Assembly: GCF_037042905.1 (NCBI RefSeq)
Contig: NC_087252.1
Location: forward strand, 6,202,001 to 6,266,000
Source of the DNA: Lytechinus pictus
Taxonomy: Eukaryota
Direction: 5' to 3'
Length of the DNA stretch: 64,000 bases
Part shown: one piece after another, positions 51,220 through 63,460 of the stretch
Position numbering within the stretch: the stretch's first letter is position 1
How the letters are laid out: each line of letters opens with the position of its first letter
Made by a program: the position numbers and the translations under genes
Notes under the pieces: model-generated
The model's input: the letters and a program-made list of their open reading frames with translations, nothing else
Told to the model about the DNA's origin: nothing
The model's database searches: none

Positions 51220-52300
51220 CATACCCACTATCTCCAAGCAACCACCCAGAACCATCTGCTCTTGCCTCTAGCTGCAATTTCAGTGCACTCAGAGAAAATC
51301 CGTGAATCATGAGTGCTGCCAGGCCACCTTGCCACAATACTTGTTATCTTTCCAGCATTATCACAAACAACCTAATCATGGTATACAGAGAAACATCAAT
51401 AGGAGAAAGAAAAAACACATGATAAATTGAATTTGTTCATCTTTTTTTTCATATTTCTAACACCTTCTTCATCATCTTTTCATGTTAATATATGCTAACT
51501 TCTTAAAATAAATCAAATCAATTAAAGGGGAAAAACATTTTATGAGACATATATAAATGAAAATCAATGTCAAAGTATATCAAAAGTAACTGAAAATAAA
51601 TTCTTAGTCTGTAGCGTCTCATATCTAAATAAATAAATTTGTAAGGAAATCGCTCAAGAGCATATTTAAAGGACAAATAAGAACTGTACAATACATTACA
51701 AAGAGAGGGTGCTAAATAAAACAATCTAAATTTCAATGTAAAAAAAAAGTCAATGACCGCTATTATACTTTAGTGACATTGGAATGATGATAGGAGTACA
51801 AGTCACATTATCGACCCTTTCCCAAAACTTCAAACTGGCATAACAGAGTATACGTTTATGAAGATAAGTACCGGTAATATATTCAAAATGCGATCTAACC
51901 TGCACATTGACGGAATACCTGTTCTTTCGGTTAAGGAAGTACAAGGCTTGTTCCCCACCAGGACTCCTAATGTAGACATGAGTCCCATCGATGGCACCTA
52001 TGACGCCAGGAAACCCGCAGTACTCGTAGAATCTCTGCTGGTCATAGACTAGTGCAATAATCATAGTGACTGACGAATGCAATATATGATATACCACTCA
52101 AGCGCATCCAATATCATATAAATATTTGGTGGATAATATGAACTCACCAACGGCATAAAATCGTAAAGTTTTCAGAACCTGCAAAGAAACAGGTAGAGGT
52201 TCATTACGTTCTGTATTTCTCCTCAGATCACCCTCAAGCATGTTGATGAGATGGAGTGCAGTCTCTTTTGAGAAGCGATACCGCATTCGAAAGGCTTTAT
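51220..52300 (-). pseudogene. Intron-containing PIF/Harbinger (HARBI1-like, DDE_Tnp_4) transposase remnant
   Basis: Exons ~52148-52300 (FRMRYRFSKE...LQVLKTLRFYAVG then gtgagt), ~51900-52048 (GFPGVIGAIDGTHVYI...NRKNRYSVNVQ then gttag) and ~51220-51371 (VVCD..ARWPGSTHDSRIF, frameshift, WLLGDSGY); C-terminal part absent. Confidence 0.88.
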
Positions 52301-55061
52301 CATGTACAACTCAAAAGGATTCATTCTGTCCTGTAATCCCCGTCAGGTCTGGGCCTATTGGCTATCTGTGTATACATGGAAAAAGAATGAGAGTAGACAA
52401 ACATGAAAAAAAAATTGGTAATTCAAGATTCCCTGAAAAATAGGTAAGGTTTGCAAACATTCAGCCCCCCCCCCCTAGTCTTCTTAGGTACCGTATGGAA
52501 ATAGCCCAGTCTATTTAGGATTAAGTTTGTTTTTTTTCCCTAATTTTTTTTACTTTAATATATAAATTGCATATATCAAGTTACATGTTTCAAATAATCT
52601 GCTGCTTTAATTGCCGTACTCCTTCCATTCATTTTGGCTCAATCCATTTTTTTATATCCTGGATGAAAATTGTCACTGCTTGTGCAAGTAGGAACAAAAA
52701 TTTGCCATGTTGGTTTCATCACTAGTGCTTCAATCAATATCTCCTCCATATTTAGAAACATAATTTTGTCAGTTATAAAAAAGGAAATATTTTGCGATAA
52801 GCACTGCATCAGTTTGTTGTTCAATAAAAACAAAAGCTTACCTCTCTGAGCCTGTTGACACGATCAAGATGCATTAAATGAGCATGGTGATTTTCTGCCA
52901 TTTTTATTCTGCATAGAAAATGAAATTGACATAGGGTTAAGTTTCAATGGCAAAGAAAATACATAAGAAAGATGAGCATGAGACTAGAATGAAATTCAGT
53001 CATTGAGATAACAGTTTGACAAAATTCCTTCAAATCTGCATTCTGAAAATTGTCTCATCTCTGTAAGGATGTCCCCTATTTTATCTCTGAAAACGCCCAT
53101 TTTTTTTTCCTTTGCTAAAAATACATGTGACTGCTCTCCCAAATTTATTTTCTTTGAAACAATTCCTCATCTCAAATGAAATCTTTAAATTGCTGAAAAG
53201 CCTGCCAATCCTCTGTAATATTGAAGTAATTGTAAAACTTTCTTAAGACAAGAGTTATAGCTTTTCAGAAGCACATACATGTAGAACATAATCTCAGCCC
53301 TATAACACAAAGAAAGCTGCACAAAATAGATCAGGTAAGGTTAAAAGCATTTTCATTATATCACAGTGCATAAAGAAAAACAAAAGTTGTACATAATAGA
53401 AAAACCAATATACATTATTTCTTGTAACATGATAATTGATTTACCTTGGCTGATACAAAGAGACTTGAAAATATTGGCAACATAAAAGTAAGAATTGATA
53501 ATGAATGTTACGGAAGTGCAATCAACACTGATACATAAAATTGTCGACCACGATTATTTTTTATCAAAGGACATAAAGTTTTATACAAACCAGAGATAGA
53601 CAAGCAGACATTTTCAATTAACTTGTTATCCTGCATGCTGGCAATAACCATATTCAACCAGAAAGAGGAAAAAAAATATGAAAATTTTCATTCCATTCTC
53701 CATGCCAAATGTTGTGCCACTCCACTCCTGAATAAAACTTAAAAGCTATTTAATATACCTTCTAAATTGACATGACAATGAAATTATTAAAAAAATCATT
53801 ATGAATAAATAATATTCCCAACTCTCTCGTTACATTTTCAAATTATAATCCATTCTGACTTATCCTTTTACATTTTTTCTCAATTAATTAAAAAAGGTAT
53901 AAAGAGAATATTTTCCCCCAATTTAACAATAAAAAGTTGATCAATTAACACCTTAGGAAGGAGCATCTAGCTGTATTATGGATTGTCAAGTACATGTACT
54001 TCAGATGGAAAGCTGATCTACAAGTGGAATGGACAAGTATGGAATTAGTTTAATAAGTATTTTGCAAGTAAGGACATTTTCTCAAAGTAGAAGAAAAAAT
54101 TACAAAGACTCTGATACATGTACACAAGAAGCTGAATATACAATGAATAAGAAATTCTAATAAAACAATTGATTCTGAGTCACGCCCGAAGGTATTAGTG
54201 ACAAACTTTGGGATATAAGACTTCCTTACCAAGCCTGAATCTTGCAGTACAAAGGTAATTTGGATACTTAGCTAATAAAGCTGGAAATACATACACTGCA
54301 CAAGAAATCCATAATTATAGATTAATGTATTAATTAATTTATTGTGTGCACGTTGGCACCTAAGCATGTCTCTACGTCAGCCTAAATCTTTGCAAAATAA
54401 CCCACATTTCTCAAATATCAATAAGAAATTTATAAGCAAAATCAGCAAATCAAGAAAAGAACAAAATCATGCATTTATAGTACAAAATCTATCATACCTT
54501 GGAAATATGACTTTTAAGAAATTAATATGATTGGTACTATGGTCCATGCATCTTTGAATGCATTGGAAAAAAGCCTACGACCCATTAAGTATACTGAAAA
54601 AGAGAAAGAACTCTTTTAGTATGTTGCCAGTAATTCAGAGACAGGAATATGAAATAGGTGTTCATTTAATCACAATGTTTGGATGGCAAATACATGCAAG
54701 TGTTTGTTGATGTATTCTGATTGCAAAAAAATAATTTATTTTTAGACTGTCATTGTTTCTGCTCATTTCATTAAAACAAAGTGTGATTGGATGTTTTTTT
54801 ATTATATAGTCACTGTCTGACCACACTGTCATTTTGAGGTTAATGAAAGTTTACGAGGGATAAGGTGAAATGAATTTGGACAAATACAGATTTATATTAA
54901 TTTCTTTTAAGTGGTGTAAATGCATGATGAGCAACATTGAAGCGTTTATAATTTAGGCACCTCTAATCTTCATCTTCATTGTCTGTATCGTCCTCATCCA
55001 TTATGGGACCTCTTTGAGCTGAATTTTGACAATTAATACATCTGCATTGATCAGTATACAA

Positions 55062-55222
55062 ATGATGCATGGGTTAGAGTGGGTCAGTAGGAACTGTGTG
55101 CACAAGGTAACTTTGGCATGGTTTAACCCACGAGGCGCAGCCGAGTGGGTTTAGACCATAATGCCAAAGTTACCGCGTGCACACAGTTCCACTGACCCAC
55201 GAAAGAAACCCATGCATCATCT
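55062..55222. repeat. ~160-bp imperfect palindrome
   Basis: ATGATGCATGGGTT..GTGGGTCAGT.GGAACTGTGTGCAC..GGTAACTTTGGCAT pairs with ATGCCAAAGTTACC..GTGCACACAGTTCCACTGACCCAC..AACCCATGCATCAT around GAGGCGCAGCCGA. Confidence 0.9.
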
Positions 55223-55270
55223 GTTTTATAGAATGGAAAAAAATTATTGAATAAACCACAAAAATTAATG

Positions 55271-55415
55271 ATTTACCGGATGCATGATAATTTCATGCGT
55301 CCGGTAAATTCAATTTACCGGACGCATGAAAATATTTACTGGACGCATGATTTTTTTTACTGGACGCATGATTTTTTTTACTGGACGCATGATTTAATAT
55401 TACCGGATGCATGAA
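55271..55415. repeat. 21-bp minisatellite with one inverted unit
   Basis: TTTACYGGACGCATGA plus T/A spacer, about six copies; TCATGCGTCCGGTAAA inverted at ~55293. Confidence 0.85.
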
Positions 55416-56023
55416 AATACCAAAATGTAATGCAGACCCTTTGATAACCCTGGACAACATAAATATGTAGGCTATGCCTAAATTGATAATATGTTGGCAC
55501 AAAGGCATTATTATTATACCCAAAATGCCAGATACAGCTTTGCATTGACTAGTCTAGATCTATGAGGACCGGTATGAGGCAGCCTCAGACCTCCAATAGC
55601 TGTGTGTGTATGCCCGGGCCGCGCCGGGGGCCAGTGCCTACGGCTGCCTGGGCCTGCAGTGGAGATTTGGCTGTGCACAGCCAGCCCAGCTGAAACGTTA
55701 GATCGTATGTCTGGACTTCTCAACTAACGAGTTTGCAGGCAGTTTTAATCGGCCCCTATGACAATTACGGTACCGCATTTATACTTACAGATCATTTTGC
55801 ATCCTTTATTTGATTCATTCTGCCTTGATCGAAAATTCAAAATTTTGACGTAAACAAGCGTAACAGTACATGCGCGATGACATCACAATGACCTTTTCGG
55901 ACGATAGCTTGTTTACAGTGGATATCGTTTTGATTATCGGGATATCGTTCATGCAGCCCAGTAAAAATTCTTGCATTGCTCTCAACCAATCAGATTGCAG
56001 GGATTTTCCCATCCATTCTATAA

Positions 56024-57510
56024 TGCATGCTACTCCATGCTGACGACATGAACATCTGCCCTTTCCATGAGTTTTGGGTTCTTCACAACCAGTCTTCTTG
56101 CAACTACAATAGGTTAGCTCGAGGAGGGTACTTGGTGCAGGAGGAAGGTCACCCCAAACTATTTCTATGTTGGAATCTATTTATACATCCATGGTTGTGT
56201 GGACTAGGAATAACAGGAAATTGTTCAAAGCATCTGATATGTATTGCAGACTGATAGTTAGCTCTCATAGTGTGCTTTAGTGGGGGGCATATTCATTTCT
56301 GTCTTTGTGCCCATTAAGAATTTGTTGTATCTAGCTGTATTAACGCTGGAACAATCCTGATCATACAGTTTGCAAACAAACTTCTCAACTGTGTTAAGCA
56401 CACCTTCCTCTAGGGCAAATGAAGTCCCAAACATCTGGAAGGCTGACTGGAAATCATTAGATGAGGTCATCAGCTTCAGTGCCTTTTTCTTTGACCTTCC
56501 ATAGAAGCAACTCGTAGAATCACATCCTGAAAAGCAGTGGAGGCCGATGAGAGCATTTGCAACACTATCCCCGAGATGAGATCTTATAGCTGTCAGGTTG
56601 ATTGTACGTTTGTTATTGCCCCTACCAGTATGGAAAAGTAGATGGGCCTGAATCTCATGTGCCTTTGCAACCCCGATAATAAACACATCTGTGTCTGGGC
56701 TCTTAATGAATACTGCTGGTGAAGTGGTCGAAGATGAAGGCAGACATGCAGCAGCATACTTACAGTGCAGAAAGAGCCTGGTATCTGCTTCCTCATGATT
56801 ACAATGAAGCTGACTCAGAGCTTCAATCTTGAGTACCCCATCTAAATTCTGGAGCAAATGACAGCTTTCATCATGAGCCATGATGACTTTGACATCTTGA
56901 AGTAGATTTGGATTCTCTTGCCATGTCTGGAATAGGAAGCGAATCAAAGCCTCTTTGTTTTGACTAGATGAAAGAAATTTCTTCCACTGGTTTGGTACTT
57001 TCTGCTCCATACCGTAGATCTTTGTGAGCTGACTTCCACTTGCAGCTCTTCTTCCCCTCTCTGCCGCCTTGATACTGAGTGTCAACTACAAAGTGTATAG
57101 TATCACTACGGGCACTGTGTGCAAGGCGAACAAGCTGTTGAATTACATATCCTGATAGTTCACCAAAAGTAGATGGCACAGCCTTCTGAGGTATTTCTTG
57201 TAGCATCGCCATTCCATCAATTACCCAAACACTGTTAAGCGGAATTCCTTCTACTAGAGGAGCAGGCTCCACACTAGATTCTATAGCATGAAGCAGAGAT
57301 GCCTTTGTAGTCTTGGTCAATGAACCATCAACAGTTGCAAGAGCAAGTGGGAGAGGACCTAGAGCACTCTAAAAACTTCATAAAACTCTTCTTAGAAAAT
57401 GGAATTACCCTTCCGTGAGTCTGGGTAACATGAATAAAACAGTATGAGGACGTTTTTCCATCAGAATCGTCCGTTTCTGATGACAGAGACGAGGACGTAT
57501 ACGCGTCCAT
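56024..57510 (-). pseudogene. Academ(X)-type transposon protein remnant: XPG/PIN-like nuclease plus Cys-rich finger, internally deleted
   Basis: LATVDGSLTKTTKASLL, VIDGMAMLQ, SIKAAER, NKEALIRFL, HEEADTRLFLH, SPDTDV, FSGCDSTSCFYGRSK, EKFVCKLY, MPPT, RANYQ, PPAP..LLELTYCSCKKTGC...RCSCRQHGVAC; frameshifts at ~57080 and ~56270. Confidence 0.75.
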
Positions 57511-57995
57511 CTTGCAAAGTGAGAGTGAATGCTACGAGCGATGTGATAGGACAAGACAGATTTCCTCCTTCTAGACGTGAGTGTAACACGTGAGCTGGTT
57601 GGCTTACAACAATGCCAACAATGGTCACAAATTTTTGGGTGTTTTTCAAAATACTTGAAAATTTGCAAGTTTCACATTTGACGAGTTTGATACGAGACTT
57701 TTATAATATTTTTACATAATATCTGATAATATAAAGTAGTTGCCCGACAGTGGTCACAAGAAGTCATCTTATTGGCCTTTGCATCGCGGCCTATTACATG
57801 TATGTCCAAGTTTCATGAACTACATGCAGGTACATATTAAATATCTAAGTTATGAATCACTTATATAGCTTAACCTTAGGATAAGATTTCAATGTTGACG
57901 CCAGGGCCATCAGATACGCAACCCTACATGTACATGTATAGTCTAACTCTGCTATGCAGCTAGGCTGGACAAAAAATAATAATGACAAAACTTAC

Positions 57996-58166
57996 CGGCA
58001 ACAGCGCCAGTCCTGAAGGGGACAATGTTTTCACTCCTTGTTTGTGGGGGGTTCCCATCACTTTATAATGAGTAGCTGAATTCAATTCTATAGAAACAAA
58101 CTTGCCATCCTCGGGAAGAATAGCTTTGTTATCATCTGATATCAGAAAGACAGAGTCTGGTTGCAG
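57996..58166 (-). other. Orphan 171-bp exon-like segment (probable transposon accessory gene)
   Basis: Acceptor TTTCTTTCTTGTTGTAG, donor GTAAGT, open 57 codons LQPDSVFLISDDNKAILPEDGKF...HYKVMG. Confidence 0.4.
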
Positions 58167-61029
58167 CTACAACAAGAAAGAAAATAATAAAATGTTTTGT
58201 TAAACTATATTTTGATGACGTTTGGAATCGTAAAAGACCTATAATAATCATAATTTTACAAAGAAAACCATTATGGTTTACTTAATTTTTAAACTATTAA
58301 AATTAGATATTCCGGGGGTACCCATCATCTCACTCCCACAAGTGTTTTAGTCATGAAATGAATTATTCATAATTTAATTTTCACAGCAAATGAATGCTCC
58401 AGTCTTCATGGTCTAAGTGAGTATTATGCATAATTCACCTGTGCAGTTGTTATTTTGGAAAGATGTATTTCCCAATTCATCACAATAGTAGCAATTTCGT
58501 CATAAATTTTCTTGAAAATTATGCAATTTTTACTTTAGACTGCTCTTTTTACCGATAATATCGATATCAAAGTATTCTAGTTAGGAAGTCTTTCATGAAT
58601 CAGGTTTAGTAAGATTGGAACTAACTCCGTGGTGGATAAAGATATGACTAACTTGTCCAGGTGTTGAGAAACGGGCCCCAGATGAGCAAACCCCACGGCG
58701 GGCAGGCGGCGGCTCCGGCAGAGACCGCAGGTTGGTTCTGGCGTCGAGGTGAATGTGCAATAAGTACGAAACATACTCATAGCTCCATTTCAAATTTAAC
58801 TTTAACGAGCTTGTAGACTGTAACTTCACCTAAAATTTTAATCAAATACGCTAACACTAACCTTGAATAACTTCCCAAGATTGGAACAGTTGGCATCGCC
58901 GTGTTGAACGGTAAACCGGTGAAGGTCGGAAAAGCCATGTTAAACTGGATTTTTGTTGCATGTGGTCGTAACATGCATGCACTACTATACTGCTGCGTGC
59001 ACGTGTATAACGATTGGAAACGTAGAGGGCGCTCTTTAATTTACATGAATGAAACAGCTAAGAGACGAGCGGAAACCGTATTTCGATATGGCTGTTGGCT
59101 GTTCCGATTTCGTTTTCGCTGTCTGCCTTTTTCCAAACGGAATCACGGAGAGAAAAGATATTACACATTGTATCACTTTCAAGTATACAGACTTAACATG
59201 ATAGCAAATCTGGGAATACGCAATATTTAAATATAAAAATGTATGTATAACATCAAGAGACTGCTCGATCCTTTCAACTGGGTAATAAACAAACTCATTG
59301 TCTAATGTGCTTGAGACTATTCTTGTTATTGAAGGTTGTACATACACCAGGGGATAAAACTCTGTTTGTACCTCTTTGTTTTACAACGTTGGCAAGGGAA
59401 ATTGTTTTCTGTTCCTAAAATCATACTTATACTCTTTCTTTGATGGAACTGTTATTTAAGATATGATCTAACTTTTGCAATTGGAGGAATTGCTTTTCAC
59501 ACATGATTTTCCTGCGGTCGGATAACAATTCTACTTAGTTTAATTCTTTGAGTGCCTCAGTATATTGTGGGTTGATTATACGCATTGCTCGTTTTTGTAC
59601 AGATTCCAGTAATTGTGATTGTTCGTTTGTTAACCCCCCTTCGCAAAATGTGAGCAAATAGCATTTCTTTCCTCCTCTCTCTCTGTCGTTGCCTCCTTCT
59701 CCGCCATGACATTAAAACCATCTTATTTAACGAAGAATACATCACTTCTTCACTCGCTGAGCGCGGCTGAGCTGAGAGGATTGTTGCATAACACCGGTCA
59801 AATACGGCGAAAGTGCTATATTGAAAGGAGTACATTGATTCCATATAGCGGGAAGTTATTCAAAAGCGCGCGCCGTTGAAACTCCAAGATCCGAAAGTGC
59901 GCATGCTCAGAATATCGGGCCTGTTGCCTCAGTCGAGCAGGAATCGCTCTTCTTGCGATGTTGGAGACGGGGTTTCTTGAATCTCGAGATTAATCGCGAA
60001 GAGGGCCGATCGGGCTAAAATCTCGAGATTGAGCAACTCGGGATGGTGCAGCACCGCCTATTGAAGTTCTTTCTGATTTATCACAAATGTCAAATAGTTT
60101 TCCTGTGTCAACAAGCTCTGCCAGAACCTAAGAGATTGAGCTCATTGTTTTCAACTCTGATGTTCTTGTGCTAGATAAACAGATAGACCTATATCATTGG
60201 GTATATGTTTTAGTGACTTTTCAATAGATCAACGGTACTTTCTTTTGAAAAATCTAAATCATTAAATAATGAATCGGATGTCATTAGGCCAAAGTGGAAC
60301 TCGAAGACTCGCCGTTTAGATGGGAGGTACCGCTACTTCCAGTCTCAAAATCTTTCAGAAATGTAAGTGAAGAGCTGACTTTGAAAGACTTAATCACAGG
60401 TAATGCCTCTAGATCTATTTGTGCTTCTACCCACCCTTGCATTCCATCTTCTGTGATTGGTGTCCACATTTTACTCGACAAATTGCCTTACAGCACCTAG
60501 CAAAGCACAGTGAATATAGCCTGGTACGAATTCAGTAATAATGTTGAACAAAGTTAGGAATAAAGTAAGTGAACGGTCTTCACTCCACACACTGGTCTTT
60601 CACAAGAAGCTTGGAGCAGGTGTTCTTCCCAGTGTTCAGAAAGAATGAACATTACTTGTACCATTCTCTACAACTTCCCCAGAATGCAGGCGCCAGTCAC
60701 ACCCATACTTCCATTGAATTTGCTTACAAGTCCTCATGACTGGCCGTGCAATGGAGTCACATGCAGCAGGTAAAAAAACGCTTTTGAGGTTCTTGCTGCA
60801 GCAGTATTGGTATCAACTCAGTCAAATCCTTTGATTGGCCTGGTGTTCTGCCTCTTTGACACAAGGTATAAAAAAATATGTTCATGTCAGGTTTCTTTGG
60901 CCCAAACCACAGTCAAGAAAACAGCATATATTCTTGAGTCTTACCTCTGGCGGTAGTTTGTCGACCACAGCCTGTATTGGCCAGATTGAAATTCCAGAGG
61001 TTTTTAAAGTCTAGTATCCCATAGGCAAA

Positions 61030-61262
61030 GCAGATCCATGTACAGACAAGTTTTTTCAGGTTTCCCATCCCTGCTACATCTTCCCACTTCCTGCCAATAA
61101 GATATGGCATCACTACTTGGATTCGAATCACATTCATGATATCAGTGATTTGAACACTCATGCCAAATGCCTTGACCAATACTCAAACAGTGCTTGTAGG
61201 AGTCTTGAAGTTGTTTAACACAATTTTCTTGTCCAAAGCAAGAAATAGCATGGTAGATGTCT
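61030..61262 (-). pseudogene. Third copy of the RecQ-like helicase C-terminal fragment
   Basis: VKAFGMSVQITDIMNVI and SYWQEVGRCSRDGKP; DNA similar to 49400-49670. Confidence 0.65.
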
Positions 61263-61399
61263 CCTTCTGGTTCTCAAAGAACTCTAGTATGTGAAAGCTT
61301 TCTCAGGAGTTTCTATGGGAATGACTGAAAATGGGGATATTGGAGCTTCATCACTTTAACATCTGCTTTACAACTTGGCCAACAGTGTTCAGGATAGGT

Positions 61400-62000
61400 C
61401 CTTAGCATGTCCAATTTCATCGATTTTAGTGGTGAACTACCCTCAATGATAGACCTATTGATCTCATCAATACAAAGTTCTCGTCAGCTTCAGTTGCAAT
61501 TGTTTTGCTTCGACGAGCTTCACTCATCTATTTCTGTTATGAAATTATTTGTAATTGAACCCTTGCTTGCTCACGTCTCCTTTGTTGTTAAGGTACCTGG
61601 CGTAGACAATCAGTTGTTTGATGTTACTGATGTTGGTCGATTCGTCAACTAGCAACCCTAATTTTGCACTTTGATTGATTTCTTGAAGTCTGACTTTCCT
61701 GGTTGTCCCCGACAACTCTCGAACAAACCCCTGTTCATCTGCTCTGAAATGTAATTTGTATATCCTTTCGGCTGCAAAGTTTGAACTTTTGACAAGCTCA
61801 CCGAGTCCAGGTGTCGGAGATTGATTCTGCAAACTTCAAGAGCCTGGAACTTTGTTGTATGGGAAAGCTCTTCCTTGCATAAAAATACATACTGCGAAGA
61901 GCTTCTCAGACGGCTCACCGGTTAGTACTGGTAATGCGTTGGAAAGCACCCTGGATACCACCTTTTTGGATGATGTCAGTTACAGACACCTTGCATGGCC
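61400..62000 (-). pseudogene. hAT transposase remnant (ZNF862/DUF4371-like)
   Basis: KEELSHTTKF..L and INQSAKLGLLVDESTNISNIKQLIVYARY (xDESTDxS..QL..Y.RY). Confidence 0.75.
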
Positions 62001-62113
62001 CTCATGCAGCTCTTGTGCAAATTACTTCCCTCATGATTTTTTACGTTCCAGATCCTCAACATTGAGGCATCCTCTGAACTCCCCATAAATTCTGCACACA
62101 TAGAATTACACTT

Positions 62114-62460
62114 TTAATTCACATCTTTCTTTATACGGATTTTAGCTTTGTGATTGACGCTCAGATGCATCCCTTCATCGTGCATATAAAAGCATATATG
62201 ATGCATCTGGCGGAGCAATAGTCTAAAGAACTCCTTCCTTGGTCCCCCAATTTCAACGGCACCTTCAACATACCTGTCCATAGCTGAGGTGCGAAAAATG
62301 ATGTCCAGCATCTCAGTTAGATCAAAATTAGGGCGCCTTATCGCCCTTAATGCACCAGAAAGGGGATCGGCACGCAGCACCTGTATCAGTATTATTTTCT
62401 CAGGGTCGAGGGCTGAAGCCAGTCGGGCAAGCTGCGCCTGGAGCGTTTGCCTGAATGATG
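62114..62460 (-). pseudogene. HECT E3 ligase (G2E3-like) N-lobe fragment
   Basis: ALRAIRRPNFD..MLDIIF..EGAVEIGGPRKEFFRLL matches the HECT motif EGxDxGGPxREF. Confidence 0.65.
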
Positions 62461-63039
62461 TACAATTACAAAGAGAAGGGATTAAAATCTCATAATAAAA
62501 TGATTAGGTAATTGTTGGTGCATTTTTGTGTACCATATTCAGATCTTGGCCCTAGATGAGTGAATCATCAACCAATTTTGCCAACATGAAGGTATATGAA
62601 TACTCTTATTAAGCTTCATTTTATTTCATTTATCAGTAAAGGTGGCAAATGAAACACAATCCGTCGAGATTTTTTTAAGTTAAAACCTACCATTTTCACA
62701 GAAAGCATGGCAAGAGTTCCATATGCACATACCGCCCAGGCAAGCAAAACAAATTTTATGTCGTGAATAATTCGCGACGGAATTGGAGACGTGAATTTCG
62801 TCGTGAATCTTCGTGATTTGGTCTATTTGCGATGTCCCTTCAGGGCCACCATACAAAATGTGCAATTTTTACTTGTAATAATGTTCTTGAGTAGATTCCA
62901 GTTTTAGGTGCCTCTTTAATGCACTCTTAAAGTGAGGAAAATTTGTAACAGCTTTTACTTGATTAGGAAGAGCATTCAAAAATTGGATGCCATTAAAATA
63001 AAAAGTGTTCCCTATATGACCCTTATGTTTCGCTAATAC

Positions 63040-63460
63040 AAAATTAAAATTACTATTTCATCCAAACACAAGACTTAGCTGCTTCTCATCTGAAAGTCAT
63101 TTTAGTCTTGCATGTAGAACCACATTCTTTGCTATTGCTTCAGGAGTACAGAAAAGTAAGGTGAAATTCCCATCTTCGAATTCTTACTTTTCCATTCTTG
63201 GCATATTACTTTTGAAATGAATACATTTTATGCTATTCTTCTGCCACTCGAGTAGTTGGTCCTCTCTATTAGACCTACAAGGGACTTATATGCCAGGGTA
63301 AAAAAAAAACATTGAAATGTCAGCCATGAATTGTAATAAGGTGAGTTAGGGGTGGGGAACTGGTTTCAAAGTTCCATCAATGTAGACAGTGGTTACCTGC
63401 ATGTTAAAGGGGACAATAGTAAACTATAGTCATAAGAAAAATAGTCAAGATAGATGATGG
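63040..63460 (-). pseudogene. Highly degraded fragments: MULE transposase (~63250-63460) and RecQ-like helicase N-terminal part (~63040-63200)
   Basis: TVYIDGTLKPVPHP (compare MULE YxDGTFKxxP) and DGNFTLLFCTPEAI (compare LLFxSPE). Confidence 0.4.

Noticed and set aside
51220..52900. Domesticated HARBI1 host gene
   Set aside because: Frameshift in the third exon, C-terminal catalytic part missing, and interrupted by a LINE piece and a MITE end.
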